Source: Raja brachyura (Eukaryota). From it: a DNA stretch of 64,000 nucleotides. Below are positions 24,905 to 37,230 of this stretch, piece after piece; positions within the stretch are counted from its first letter, which is position 1; every line of letters begins with the position of its first letter. The translations under genes were made by a program, and so were the position numbers. Location of the stretch: positions 24,552,001-24,616,000 of the forward strand of contig OY740802.1 in the NCBI GenBank assembly GCA_963514005.1, given 5' to 3'. The notes under the pieces were generated by a model that saw only the letters and a program-made list of their open reading frames with translations, made no database searches and was not told where the DNA came from.

Positions 24905-25420
24905 AGTATTGGTTTCCTATTGTCGGAAGGACTGAGATTCAGGGGAAAAACATTAGGACATCAGCATAGCAGGTAATGTAAAAGTGAAAGTAAACTGGTA
25001 ACAGCGACAGGGAAAGTGCAAGGGCCACAGCGAGGTAGATTGCGAGATCAGGAATATATCCTTAGCATACGACTAATCTGATAACAGCAGGGAAGAGGCT
25101 TTTCTTGAATCATGTGGTACGTGCCTTCCAGATTTTGTATTTTCTGCACGAGGGGGAGGGGAGAATAACCAAGGTGGCTGCTTTCCCGATGCAGCGTGAA
25201 GTACAAGTGGAGTCAATGGGGTCAGTGTAGTTTGTGTGATGGACTGGGCTGTGCCCACAACTCTCAACTCGCAGCAGTCTTCATCTGAAGAGGTATTGGT
25301 GTATTTTTTGGTCATAATGTCAATGTCGTCAGACCAGGGCAGATTGTTGGTGATGGTTATACCTAGGTACATGAAGCTCCCAACCATCTCCACTTCAGCT
25401 ATTTGATGCAGACTGAAGTG
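24905..25420 (-). mobile_element. Degenerate Rex/Babar-like LINE fragment
   Basis: VEMVGSFMYLGITITNNLPWS and LRVVGTAQSIT motifs; related to the 36520-37230 copy. Confidence 0.65.
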
Positions 25421-26420
25421 TTTATATAACCCAAATGGTATTAAATGGTACCATTTAAATGGTATTGCAGTCAAGAATTACTTTCACTGCAGTTTTGTGC
25501 ATTCTAAGATGATTACAGAGTTCTTCAGGGTCTGCAGATTAACGTGCAAGTTGAGCTTGGCCATGTGGATGGGTATTGTGAATCGTGCTGTTTGTGTTTG
25601 GCTTCTGCGTGCACTTGTCAGTCGCCTGACCGTGCCCATTTAAATGGTCAAGGATTCCCATGAATTTATGAGAATTCCCCACAGCTAGGTAAATAACTGG
25701 TTAATCACCACTATTCTACTTCTAATTCTACTCATTCTACTTCAAATAGCACCTTGGAATATTTTATCAAGTAGGGTAAAGGCAAAGCATCTGAAAGGCA
25801 ATAGGCCTGACAGTGCTGCCGTTCCATGTATTCAACTGAGATTGTGCATTGAGGTCACATGCAATGGTACTTGACACTTCATGGATGAGAATGTAATGAC
25901 AATCTGAGGAAGGTAGGTATCAAAACATATTGCACTACAACAAATAGTCATGCCAATAGTGAAGAAGTTCAGTTTAGTTTATTGTCGGGTGTACTGAGGT
26001 ACATTAATGATACGGAGCAGCCAGGATCTGAACTTAATACTGATTTATCAGTTCAATACACTTGAATTGAACTTCAGGGTGGTTGGAGTAAGCTTGGGGA
26101 GAATATCATGAAATTCACTCAATCTTAGCCTTGTTTCTTATTTTGACACCGGATAAAGTGAAGCTGTTTCTTTTAACATTTTCCCAGGCAAATTTTAGTT
26201 TGTGTTCATACCAATCCAGTTGCATTGTTCTGTTAAACATATGCTAGATTTGCCATTAAAAGTTTCTGTTTTAATTACATGCATTTTCTGTGCAATAACT
26301 TGCATTCTGTATTGCACTTTGAGGTTGATGTGCAACTGGTCAGTTACAAGCTGAACTGAAGCAATGCTTGTAAGAATAATGACAACAGCAATTGGCATTG
26401 TTTTACAAACATTGTTCTAA

Positions 26421-27701
26421 AGGGCCTGTCCCACTTTCACAACCTAATTCGCGACCTCTGACCTTAAACGACCTAAAATAAAATCAAGGTCGCAGTCACC
26501 TATGATCTCCTACGGCCTTCCACGGCTATGTGTATGGCCTCCTACGACCTTCCACGAATATGTCTACGACCTCCCACGACTATGTCTACGACCTCCCACG
26601 ACTATATCTACGACCTCCCACTATGTTGAAGACCTTCGACTATGTTGAAGACTGGCTTCGACCATGTACGTTTTACTGTTGTTTGCAGTAGCCTTTTTGC
26701 TTCAGCCGTCTTTTAAGAAAGGCAGAAGGGGAAGGGCAAGGGTGAAGAGGAAGCACAAGAAGAGGTCTCAATGGGTGAATGGAGATGATGTGATGGACCG
26801 TCCCAGTACATCAGATGACTGGAAGAGAGTGGCGCTGGGCTTTGACAAAAGATGGAACTTTAACCACGCGTGGAGCAGTGGATGGCAAGCATGCCAATCT
26901 TGTCCTTGTCCCTGTACCCCTCGTTTTCCTTTTCGTACAGGATGGCATTCTGCTGGAACCATTCCTCAAGGATCCCCTCCTGCTGACTAATGAAGGTGTA
27001 GGGCATAACCTTCCTCCAGCCCTCCCTCACCACCAATGGGGCATCTGCCTCTGATGTTGTGTCAGACACAGGAGAAAGGGTTGCTTTGCTGCCTTCAACT
27101 GAGGCTGTGAAGGATGGGGTGGTGGTGGGGACATATCTACCACCCTGGTCTCCAGGGGTCTCTCATGCAGTGCTACTTCCTCCTGCACTATAACCTCATG
27201 TGGCATCACCTCCTGCCACTCCTCCCCTTGAGAGGGCAACACCTGCATAGCTGTTTTTTTTTTAGGGTTATGCCCTACCCCTGCGCTGCTGCCTTTTTGG
27301 TGCCATCTCTAAAACACAAGTCTCCTCTCCAAAAAACTCTCCAGCTATGAATGAACATGCCTTGGAGTGACAGAGGTGACGTTCTGCTGCTTAAATATCC
27401 ATTTTTTTCTACTGACCTTTTTTTTCCACCCCAGAGCTATTACCTTCGACTGCCTCCGACCACCTACGACTAGCACCATGACCTACCTAGGAGTAAAAAG
27501 TATCGATTTTTTCCATGCCGCCCTTTTTTTTTTACTCCTGGACATTTTTTATCGGGCTAGAAAAAACGCCGCGACCTACTTGATGCCACGGGTACGTGGA
27601 GACCACTCACGAGCATGAGGAAGACCTACCTCATAGCGACCATGCTGCGAGTATGAGTCAAGGGCAAACTCGGCAGAGGTCGTGAAAGTGGGACAGGGGC
27701 T
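26421..27701. mobile_element. Internally deleted PIF/Harbinger transposon with remnants of the transposase (+) and a MADF/Myb-like ORF (-)
   Basis: TIRs agggcctgtcccactttcac / gtgaaagtgggacaggggct with taa/tta flanks; PSTSDDWKRVALGFDKRWNF and GAVDGKH on +; ILEEWFQQNAILYEKENEGYRDKDK on -. Confidence 0.88.
26559..26625 (+). repeat. 22-bp tandem repeat (tatgtctacgacctcccacgac) in the Harbinger subterminal region
   Basis: Two exact copies at 26559 and 26581, a near copy at 26603 and degenerate copies upstream. Confidence 0.9.
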
Positions 27702-29231
27702 TTAGTTTTGGTCAACTGTTACTATTAATTTTGCAATGCTTTTCCAAAAAATGTCATTACATTGAGAAGAATGAATTTAGTGATAGTTATAAGTGGTTAA
27801 CAGAAACTTAAAACAAATATTACATTCCAACAACAAAGATAATGAACCCCAAGTAACTGGAACTAAACCTGTTCATATGCTGGATTTGTTCTGTGGGACT
27901 GCACAAAGCTGAAAAACACACATTTCAGTTATTTCAATTTAGTATCTTGGTAGACTTCAATGTTTTTAATCCCCAATGAACATAATCTGCTGAAAATTAT
28001 ACAATCCATGTTATTCACCAAGAGAAATGAATAATAATGGTGACTTCAAAAGTTAACCAGTAGTTGTTTTTCATGCTGTTCAGTACAAGTTCATTATAAT
28101 TGATTACTTTTGTAGGATGGGTCTATGAGACATTTTGAGTTTCCTACCAAGAACTGTAATAGATAGCATGGAAGCAATTGCGAGACATTGTTCCTCTCAT
28201 GCAAGAAGAGAATTTATACCATTAAGCTTTAGCACATTCTAATATAAATGGAAAGAGATTTCCATAAATGCTCAGGAGAACACAAGGCTCTTGTGGAGAA
28301 GGCCGCAAAGTGAACAATTTTAGATATCAACATATATTTTCCAATATTTTATTTTAAATATTTTTTTATTTTAAATATTTAAATTTTATTTTAAATTTGC
28401 AACTTTTGTAAAACTAGTGATTGAGTACACACTAGTAATTGAGTTATGAATTCTGGTTAAGAATTCACTTTTCAACAGCTTACAAGAATCCAAATTCCTA
28501 CATACAGCTGTCATTTGTAAATGATTAGCTGTGCTGTATTTTGCTATTTAGTTCAGAGTTTGAATTCTGTATTTTAAGTCTCTTACAGTTGTTGATGTGA
28601 AGCCAAACTGGAATTCATTAGCAGTTTATGGATTAAAAAAAAAAAAATTTATACCTGTTTGAGAACATGCGTTATTTCAGTGTGTACTCAATTAAAAAAA
28701 AATCCAGATCAACTACTGGCTAGTAAATATATAGTAATTACAGTTAACTCATCTTTCCCCTTTTTTTGCTTTTTGTCATGTTAGTTTACCACTATATGCT
28801 TCTGGCTCCTTTAGACAATTCCAGGATGCAAATTTATTTGTAGAACTGTAGAAGACCATGTTGAGAGATCAACCTTTTATTAGTGCTAACTGGTTGTGTG
28901 CAGGGTTAACTAATTGTAAGGTTGAATACTAAAGACTTTAAATAGTTTTTAATCTCAATTAGCTGAATATAACGTGCTGGTAGATGAAGCAAGTCGACTT
29001 TGTGAATGCTGCAAGGTCAAATGAATAAAGCCACATGATTGATGCTTCCAAACTGAATTGCCGAAACTATAGTATTTGTTTCCCACATTTTATTCAGTTC
29101 AAAAATGCATATCTGCGAGTCTTTTGCTTGTTAAATTGAAATGCATTTTGATGAAGATGTATTAGTTTTGCATCAAGAAAATTGGACATCACAAGACTTT
29201 TCACTTTGGAAAAATATATTTTCTTTAATAG

Positions 29232-29691
29232 TTCAACAAGAGGGCTCAGCTGACAAGAGAACCAATTCTGCTTCAGTGGATGAACAACCCAATACAAGTG
29301 TGCAAGCTACGTCCTCTAAACCATCAATTACAACAGTGAAACAGTCAGTCAATACAGTGGAGCTTCGTGCTGTAACTAAACGACCTATTTCTGCACCTCA
29401 ACAACTTGCTGATCCTAAACATAAGGCTTTGTCCAAACAGAAAACTTTATCTAAGCTGCAAGCTGCATCGAAGTATCCAATTTTGCCTAAGCAGCAGTCT
29501 TCATACCGAATACCAATGAAGCACTCTGCTCCCACAGCAAAACAGCCAGTGCATCTAAGTGAACTGTCTCTGGCAAAAAGATCTGGGGATAAGCAACAGA
29601 CAAACCCTGTTGTGAAAAACACCAATCAGTTATCCAACTCTCAGATCCGTCAAAACATCCGACGCTCGTTAAAGGAGATCCTTTGTAAAAG
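29232..29691 (+). CDS. DIDO1: DIDO1 exon: linker and start of the TFIIS-central domain
   Basis: Ends NSQIRQNIRRSLKEILCKR; ttctttaatag| acceptor (phase 1, matches the previous exon) and ag|gtgaga donor. Confidence 0.92.
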
Positions 29692-30709
29692 GTGAGAAAT
29701 TTAAGACTGGATTGTTTATGATATATGGCATTGTTAATAGGGAATAACCAAGCTTGCCGGTGTATTTATATCAGTGTGCCATCTTTAAATAGGTTGTGAT
29801 TTACTAATTTGCAACCTCATTTTGGAGTGAGTTTCAGTTGGGATTTATTATTTTAAATATTGTCCGTACTCGAGGTTCAGTTTTTAAATCTTCCCTTCAA
29901 CCTTCAGCATACATGAGCAGTAAATGTAAATAACTGATTTTTGCCTAAGTATGATAGTCTGGCAATTAGCATACTACTGTTTTTCCTGCTTATTAATATA
30001 AGCTTTAATCAAATTATATTTTGTCAAAAGTTTGTTTTCTCTATTCTCCATGTGAATGAAGTGCCTCGTCCTGATGCCTTTTCTGGTACATTTTCTATCC
30101 ATCTTAAATATTTTAACTTCAACCCTAAAGTAAATTGAGTATAGTGCTTTTAACTGAAGTTTAGCCAGTGATGTGAGAGTAGAGGAATCCCCACATCTGC
30201 CTTGCGTCTGCATTTCCAGAGCTAAAGACTCTAGGTGGATTTTAGCAGTTAATTTGTCCTGCCATCGTCCCAACTTTTTTGCGTGTACCCTTGTTAAAAT
30301 ATTATTCTTCCTACCAAAGTAAATCACTTCATATCCAATTACTTAATTTTATTCTGCGGTGCATAGTTCCTTCATAGGCATTATAAATAATGCAAACTTT
30401 TATATACAATTTATATTTAGCAAAGACAGGTTTTTTTTAACTCCTGTATCCAAATCCCTAATTTATAGCTCTGGGTTACAGGGTAAACAGTATAACAGTA
30501 ATATTTGTACCTGTGACCAGCAAACAATCAGGGAGTTGCTGTCCATGGGTTACTTGTGTCTTAGTTGAAGCATGTGCGTCTTTAGATTGTGCCCAATGGG
30601 TCAGTCTTATTCACTATTAAACCAAGCATGGTCTTTTCTCTTGAGATATGTACTCTTTTATCCAGGTGACCAAGGTAATGACCACATTTATTTATGCTTG
30701 TACAACTAG

Positions 30710-30869
30710 GGTGAATGATTGTGACGATCTTCGTGTAACTGAAGACACAATAGGAAAGATAGCAGTGAATGTTGAAAAAGAGCTTTTCACCCTGTTCCAA
30801 GACACTCACAGCAAGTACAAGAGCAGATACCGGAGTATTATGTTCAATTTGAAGAACCCCAGGAACCAG
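30710..30869 (+). CDS. DIDO1: DIDO1 exon: TFIIS-central domain
   Basis: VNDCDDLRVTEDTIGKIAVNVEKELFTLFQDTHSKYKSRYRSIMFNLKNPRNQ; ctag| acceptor and cag|gtattt donor. Confidence 0.96.
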
Positions 30870-31008
30870 GTATTTTTTGCGCTTCTGTGGTAAATTGACG
30901 CTTGTTTTATGCATTTGATGCTAAACCACCTGCATTACGTGTGTATATTTGTACATCACCGAATTATCAGCCCCATTCATTGTTTTTTTCTTTCACTTTT
31001 TTTTGTAG

Positions 31009-31125
31009 GGACTCTTTCGGCGTGTTGTACGAGAAGAGATTGTTCCCTTCCATTTGGTACGTATGAGTCCTGAAGAAATAGAATCAAAGGAACTGGCAGT
31101 TTGGGGAGAACAGGAGAGCAGAACT
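31009..31125 (+). CDS. DIDO1: DIDO1 exon: end of the TFIIS-central domain (absent from the ORF track)
   Basis: Hand translation GLFRRVVREEIVPFHLVRMSPEEIESKELAVWGEQESRT; long T-tract+gtag| acceptor and act|gtgagt donor; 117 nt, phase 0-0. Confidence 0.95.
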
Positions 31126-32094
31126 GTGAGTATCTGAGCTCAGAATCCTGGTCTGGGGTCCATTTTAATTTTATACATGTTGGTGCAGTTAATCTGCTTG
31201 GTAAGTATGTGGTGTATCAGTCAAACAATGTGTGAAAGCCATTGGAACTCTACACCTTCCTTAATAAGTACTTCAGTGTATAAAGACTACTCTGTAAACA
31301 CATGAATGACAAAAGTCGGCAGTAACTCAGTAGGCAGCATCTCTGATCAAACACGGATCTCCGGCACTGCAAGTGCTGTAAGGCAGCAACTCTACCACTG
31401 TGTCGCCCACGACGGCATTATCAGATGGCAGTGGAATGGAGGTACAAAGCAGTTATGATCTGTTGAAAAGTTGGATTGAAAATCAAGGTACCAAAAAAGA
31501 TGACTCATGTTTATTTATTCAAAATATTATAATGCCTTTATACATTTGGTAGTTATTGTGGAATATTAGATATTGAGAAAAATTTGGCTTCATTCTTATA
31601 TTCCATGTATTATTGGTATAAATATTTTGGCATATACTGCAAACGTAAAAGAGATCTGATTCTTGTTAAGTTTCAAATCTTTTTATATGCAAATTATGCC
31701 AGAGGGCTGCCCATGTAACAATTCTATTGATGTATAATAGATAATAATAGTCTCAGTCTCTTTTTACTAATGAGCGGATATTTAGAAATGGTAATAATTC
31801 AACATCAAAGAACGGAGGATTAAGAGATGCATGGGGATAACCAGCAGTAATTAAACAAAGCTATGGGTCAAATTTTGTTTACATTTGGATGCAGTAACTG
31901 TTGTGTACAGACATAATTAAATTTAAAGGTGTCTGATGAAGCATCCCACAAGAAGCGTAGTACAAAAATACAATGTGTGTGTGTTATTGTAGAATCCCTT
32001 GTGACAAGAGAGAAAGTTACTCGATCTGTTTTAGAACACATATTTTAAGCATGTTACTGTGACAGGAATTCTACTGATTAAATACTGCCAGACC

Positions 32095-32372
32095 AAAATA
32101 GCGCAGCAGTAGAATTGCTGCCTTACAACGTCAGAGACCCTGTTCGATCCTGATTGGGTGCTGTCTGTGTGGAGTTTGCACGTTCTCTCTGTGACTGAGT
32201 GGGTTTTCTCCAGATGCTCTGGTTTCCTCCCACATTCCAAACACGTGCAGGTTAATTGGCTACTGTAAATTGTCCCTAGTGTGTAGGATTGAACTAAAAT
32301 ACGAGTGATCATTGGTCAGCACGGGCTCGGTGGGCCAAAGGACTTGTTTCCATGTGGCATCTCTGAAACTAA
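32095..32372 (+). mobile_element. tRNA-derived SINE (HE1/V-SINE-like)
   Basis: A-box-like tagcgcagcagtag, B-box gttcgatcc, core gagtttgcacgttctc, CR1-like tail. Confidence 0.8.
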
Positions 32373-32709
32373 ATGGTGATAGTTCTTATCCCTAAAAATC
32401 TCCTCCATCAACTTTCTTTCGGACATCAACCGGCCAATAGTTCCCTGGTTTGTCCTTGGAACTCTTCTTAAATAATCGCACAGCAGTAGCCACCCATCGG
32501 TTTTCTGGAACTTTATCTGTGTCTGAAGATGATGCAAAATCTCTCCAAGGGCCTTCAGTTTCCTCCCTAGCTTCCCACAAGGTCTGAGGATGCACTTGAT
32601 CAGGTCATGGAGATGTATCTGTCTTAATGTGCTTTTGAACTGGAAATATCGTCGCTGCTAATTCGTATCCAATCTTAAGATATCACAACTTCTATGCCTC
32701 AATTCCTTA

Positions 32710-33432
32710 AGGGGCTGACCCACAGCGACAACCTAATCTGCGAGTTTAAAAGAGTTTGCCCTCGACTAAAACTCGCAACATGGACGACACGTGGTCCTAG
32801 GAGGTCCTATGAGATCACTGGAACTCTCCATCATGCTCGATGGAAGTTCCCGCATACTCGCGGCCTCAGCTAGGTCGCGGAAAAATTTTCAGCATGTTAA
32901 AAAAATTTCCACAAGTAAACATTGGTCGGCAAGGTTCTTTTTAACTTGTAGTGCAGTGGAGTGGGGTCGCTATTTAGTTATAGGCAGTCGAGGGCAGCCG
33001 TAGGCAATCTCCTTCGCTGACCGGGCATTTTGATTGGCTCATTGGAGTTTTCAGGACCAAGGAAAGCCGAGCGGTAATGTAAAATGCCCGCTAAACTTTA
33101 TTAAACGTTGTCTGACGTCTTAAAGGTGTCTCCACTCCTATCTCCCCTTCTGTCCCCCCCCCACCTCCACGCTCTCTAAAGGGCCTACCATAACTGTGCA
33201 GCTGGCTTTTACCTTCCCCTTCATCGCGGGTATGAATTTCAGACAGCGCTCCCTCGCTTTCCTTGGCCCCCGCCTCTACGGTGTGTGTGTGTGCGGTCGG
33301 TGGTTCCAGCTCGCGGTTTCAACGCTGACGGTCGATCCAGCACTAGGTTTTCAAGGCGATTGCCCTCGAGCTTGAAGGTCGAAGACACTCTTCTGAAATT
33401 GCGGATTAGGTCGCCGCAGTGGGACAGACCCT
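32710..33432. mobile_element. Non-autonomous Harbinger element (~720 bp), TTA TSD
   Basis: tta|aggggctgacccac ... gtgggacagaccct|tta; same family as 2786-4725. Confidence 0.85.
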
Positions 33433-33566
33433 TTAGCTTTCATGATACTCTTAGTAAAAACAGATGAGAAATATTAATTTAATATCTGTCCCATCACTTG
33501 TGCTCTACACAAAGATGGCCATATTGATCTTTAAGGGGACTTATTCTTTTCTAATCCACCCTCTTA

Positions 33567-33795
33567 AGGGCCTGTCCCACTTGCCGATTTTTTCGGCGAC
33601 TGACGGCATCATTGACTGACATGTCAGGTCACCGAAAAAGTCGTGATGACGTATTGACGAGCGGTGTTTCCTCAAGTGTCGCAATTTTTTTTTGTCACAG
33701 CTGGATTTTGAAATATTCAAAATCTTTGGCGACCCTGATACGTCAGTCAATGACGCCGGCAGTCGTAGAAAAAATCGCCAAGTGAGACAGGCTCT
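33567..33795. mobile_element. 229-bp Harbinger MITE, TTA TSD
   Basis: tta|agggcctgtcccacttgccgattttttc ... gaaaaaatcgccaagtgagacaggctct|tta, with extended inverted symmetry. Confidence 0.85.
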
Positions 33796-34887
33796 TTAGT
33801 CTTAATATACAGTATCTGTAGAATCTCATGACTTTTCTTTATCTTGCCTGCCAGGTCCATTTCATGTCTTTGTCCTCCTTATTGCCATAACTTAAGTATC
33901 CTCCAATACATACTCAGACGGAATCGCTTGACCCTGACTGGTAAAATCTGACGTATGCCGCCTCCTTCCTGATCAGAGCCTCAAAATCTCCCATTAACTA
34001 GGGTTTGCTAAACTTGCTCGCCATTGTATTCATCCTATTTCATTTTTGGTGGAAGCCTTCCTCTTGCCTTTCGTCTCCTTGTCTGTAAATAGACTCTCCC
34101 CATCAACTCTTGCAATTTCTGCCCAATGCCTCCCAAATCGGCCATACCACATTTTAGGACCTTGTGAGTCAAGTCCTATCCATCTCCATAACTATGGAAA
34201 TGGTAACTTCTGGCTGCAGTGATTGATGATTCTATAACTAAATAATGTGATTTACAAGCTGTGTTTCTTCAAATTTTGGAAGCATAAATGGAAAATGCTG
34301 GAAATACTCAGCCAGGCAAGCAGTACCTGTGGATAGAGAAGCATGCTTGTCAATTTGAATATATTTTGCCTGAACTGAAAAAGAGAGAAAATACGTTTCT
34401 ATCAAGCTATAGGGAAATTGGAGGAGGGATAGATAGAAGAAAGGGAATAACTCCAATAGAGAGATTAGTTTTCTGTTTGGAACATAGTGGAATTAGACAC
34501 AAAGCTGTACAGTTTTGCATTAAAATTGACTCGGGAATTATTGGAAAATCTGAAACAAACGTTTCAAAATTACATTGTCTGAAATGGAAATTAGGTATTC
34601 CAAATAAAATACATGTGTAATTTTATTTAATCATTCACACAATGTAAATGTCACTGAGTAGGCGAACATTTATTGCCTAGTCCTAATTACCACTGAAGTC
34701 AGTGATTTTCTAAATGTTTCAGTAAAGGTTGATTCTTTTGAGGGCCACATGGGTTTTGGAGTCTTGCAATGACTAGACTGGGTAAGGAGATTAGTGGGTG
34801 ACGTTTCATATTCGGCATTATTGATTTTATTTCCAGATTAATTAATGACTTATTTTCCACAAGAATTGTGCTGGGAGAGGATCAGTA

Positions 34888-36031
34888 GCCCAAACCTTGG
34901 GATATTCCTCAAAACAAAAATAGATTAAAAGGGATGAAGTAGGAAGAATATGAAGCTGGAATTCCACGGTGTTAATTGTACCCCTGCGTGATGTATATCA
35001 CTTTGACATAAGAATTCGTGAACTAGTTAATATGGACTGCAGTGGAGTGAAAACTTTGGAATAAGAGTGTTTCTTACCAGAGTTAGGATAAGCAGTATTT
35101 CTCATTCAGTCTGAATGAACCAAATTCATTGAAAATAAAAAATGTTCAGTGCTGAGCAACTCAGCAGAATGGAAGGAAACTCCTGAAGTTCAGATCAGTG
35201 ATTTATCATTAGTTACAATGCCACACAAGCATTCTGACCAGCTGAGTATTGTCACCCATTTCTGTTTTCAGATGTGCAGCATCCGCATTATTCTGAGTAT
35301 TCACAAAACTGAACACATTAGGCTTGATAAATATCAAACCTACGGTTATGGTTAATCCTGCCGTTGAACCAATAGTGCTTTCAGTGTGATGAGAGTATTG
35401 ATATATTTTGATGTTGTTTCACAGGCACAGGAACAAAGTGAGAGATTGCAGCGTGAAACCAAAGGAACAGCCTCCCGGGCAGCGAACACACATGAAGTTG
35501 ATATGGAGGAGGCACCACCTATGTCAGATGCTGATGTATGTATAAAGTTTGAAATGAACTCTAAAATGTTGTCAATACAGGAAGGCAAGCAGCTTTTGTT
35601 TGCACAATACTTTTCCTACTCATTTATCCCTAGTTACTGGCATGGCGTACAAGATGAAGCGGCTTCTCTGGTAACAACACTCTTGGAAGCTCTCTTGCAA
35701 AGCAATATATTGCTGTAACTTGGTCAATTTCAACTAATTACACAATCTAAGCAAGTCCTTGCATTTCTGTACCCATGTTTGCAAGCGCCAAAGTGCCAAT
35801 ATTTATTTGTCAATGATGCAATCATCAGTTACTCACTATTCCCCAATTGAGGAATGTTCTTGCCTTGGATGAAAAATCTTCTAAAGCTTATCCTTGTATC
35901 AAGGCAGCAGTAAAGGTTCTTTTTTTACTATTGTATCATTACCTGTTCTGTGATCTTTCAACTTCCAGTAGTATTCTGATGCCCAAGCTTTGGGATATTT
36001 CTCAAAACAAAAATAGATTAAAAGGGATGAA
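34888..36031 (+). repeat. 51-bp direct repeat pair (34888-34938 and 35981-36031)
   Basis: gcccaa(a/g)c(c/t)ttgggatatt(c/t)ctcaaaacaaaaatagattaaaagggatgaa; 48/51 identical by hand alignment. Confidence 0.9.
35425..35535 (+). CDS. DIDO1: DIDO1 exon (acidic linker)
   Basis: AQEQSERLQRETKGTASRAANTHEVDMEEAPPMSDAD, compare DIDO1 DLEDSPPVSDSE; tttcacag| acceptor (second in-frame cag 6 nt downstream) and gat|gtatgt donor. Confidence 0.88.
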
Positions 36032-36519
36032 ATTTTGAAATTAAAAGCAGTGTCCAGACCAGTATCATCAACATTTGGGACGGTCTCAATTCATAATCCA
36101 GTGCTTGCTCAAATGCTGTTGCTCTGTCTACTGGTTCAGATCCAGCAACACTAAGGTGATATCAACATGTTTAGAAAGTACATCAAAATTGAATTTAGGA
36201 GCTTTGAATTGCAGCAACAATGGAGCTTTCAAATGTATTCCAGCTACAAGTAATGAAAGGAAAGAATCAATGAACAAAGCGATTCCATGTGAAATCAAAA
36301 ACTCACAGAAGAAGGGAGTGACTGGGCCTCAGTAGCACGTGTCAGGATTTTGGGCCCATCGCCTTCCCTGTTTGAGGTGATAAGTTGAAATTACAGGCTG
36401 TCACAGAGCCAAGATCTGGGCGAAACATGGACAATACCTCTGCTAGGCACCATGGAGACCAAACACATGGATGATCATGATGATAAGGCTGTTATGGTCT
36501 TTCTAATTAAGTAACCTGT

Positions 36520-37230
36520 AAGTGAAGTATTTATTATCATATGCACAAGTGTGGTGAGATACAGATACAGTTCAAGACCTTGCAGCAGCACAGGTGCATA
36601 CTTGAACAGCACGCAACCTAAATTATACATAAATTATCCAAGATGGCGAAATGATACAGACTATGTAACAAAGTGTTTATGCAAAAACGCAACTAGAAAA
36701 CAAGTCCCTGGTGGTACAAGAGTTGATCTGTAGCGTTCTATTGCTGAATGAGGATTAGGGTTGTGTGGGTCAGATCAAGAACTGATGTTTGTAGGAAAGC
36801 ACCTGTACCAAACCTGGTGGTGTGGGACTTCGGGCATCTGTACCTCCTGCCCGCCAGTAGCAACGAGAAGAGGGCATGGCCCTGATGGTGGGCATCTTTG
36901 ATAATAGATGCTGTCTTCTTGAGGCAACGCCTCATGTCGATGCTCTTGATGGTGGGGTGGGCAGTGCCTGTGATAGGCTGGGCCGAGTTCACCACTGTTT
37001 GCAGCCTCTTGCGTTCCTGCGAGTCGGAATTTCCATACCAGGCCATTATGCAACCAGTCGAGATTCTTTCTACAATCCATCTGTAGAAATTTATTGGAGT
37101 ATTCGATGATATGGCAAATCTGTTTAAACCTCACAAAAGTAGTGATGGTGGCGTGTCATTATTCGTGATTACAGCTATGTGCTGGATGGACAGGTCATCT
37201 GAGGTGTTAATGCCCGTGAATTACAGGTAA
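36520..37230 (-). mobile_element. Rex1/Babar-like LINE 3' fragment
   Basis: AWYGNSDSQERKRLQTVV...IIKDAHHQGHALFSLLLAGRRYR resembles the C-terminal region of Rex/Babar-type RTs. Confidence 0.8.

Larger units (their letters stand above)
32375..34200 (-). mobile_element. Old CR1 fragment interrupted by two Harbinger MITEs
   Basis: Minus-strand DKVPENRWVATAVRLFKKSSKDKPGNYWPV matches the CR1 VPEDW..ANV.PLFKKG....PGNYRPV motif; LINE-like sequence continues past 33800. Confidence 0.65.

Noticed and set aside
26490-26665. Regularly repeated ~22-bp units resembling a CRISPR array
   Set aside because: Head-to-tail with no unique spacers, no cas genes, eukaryotic context, and located inside a Harbinger element.
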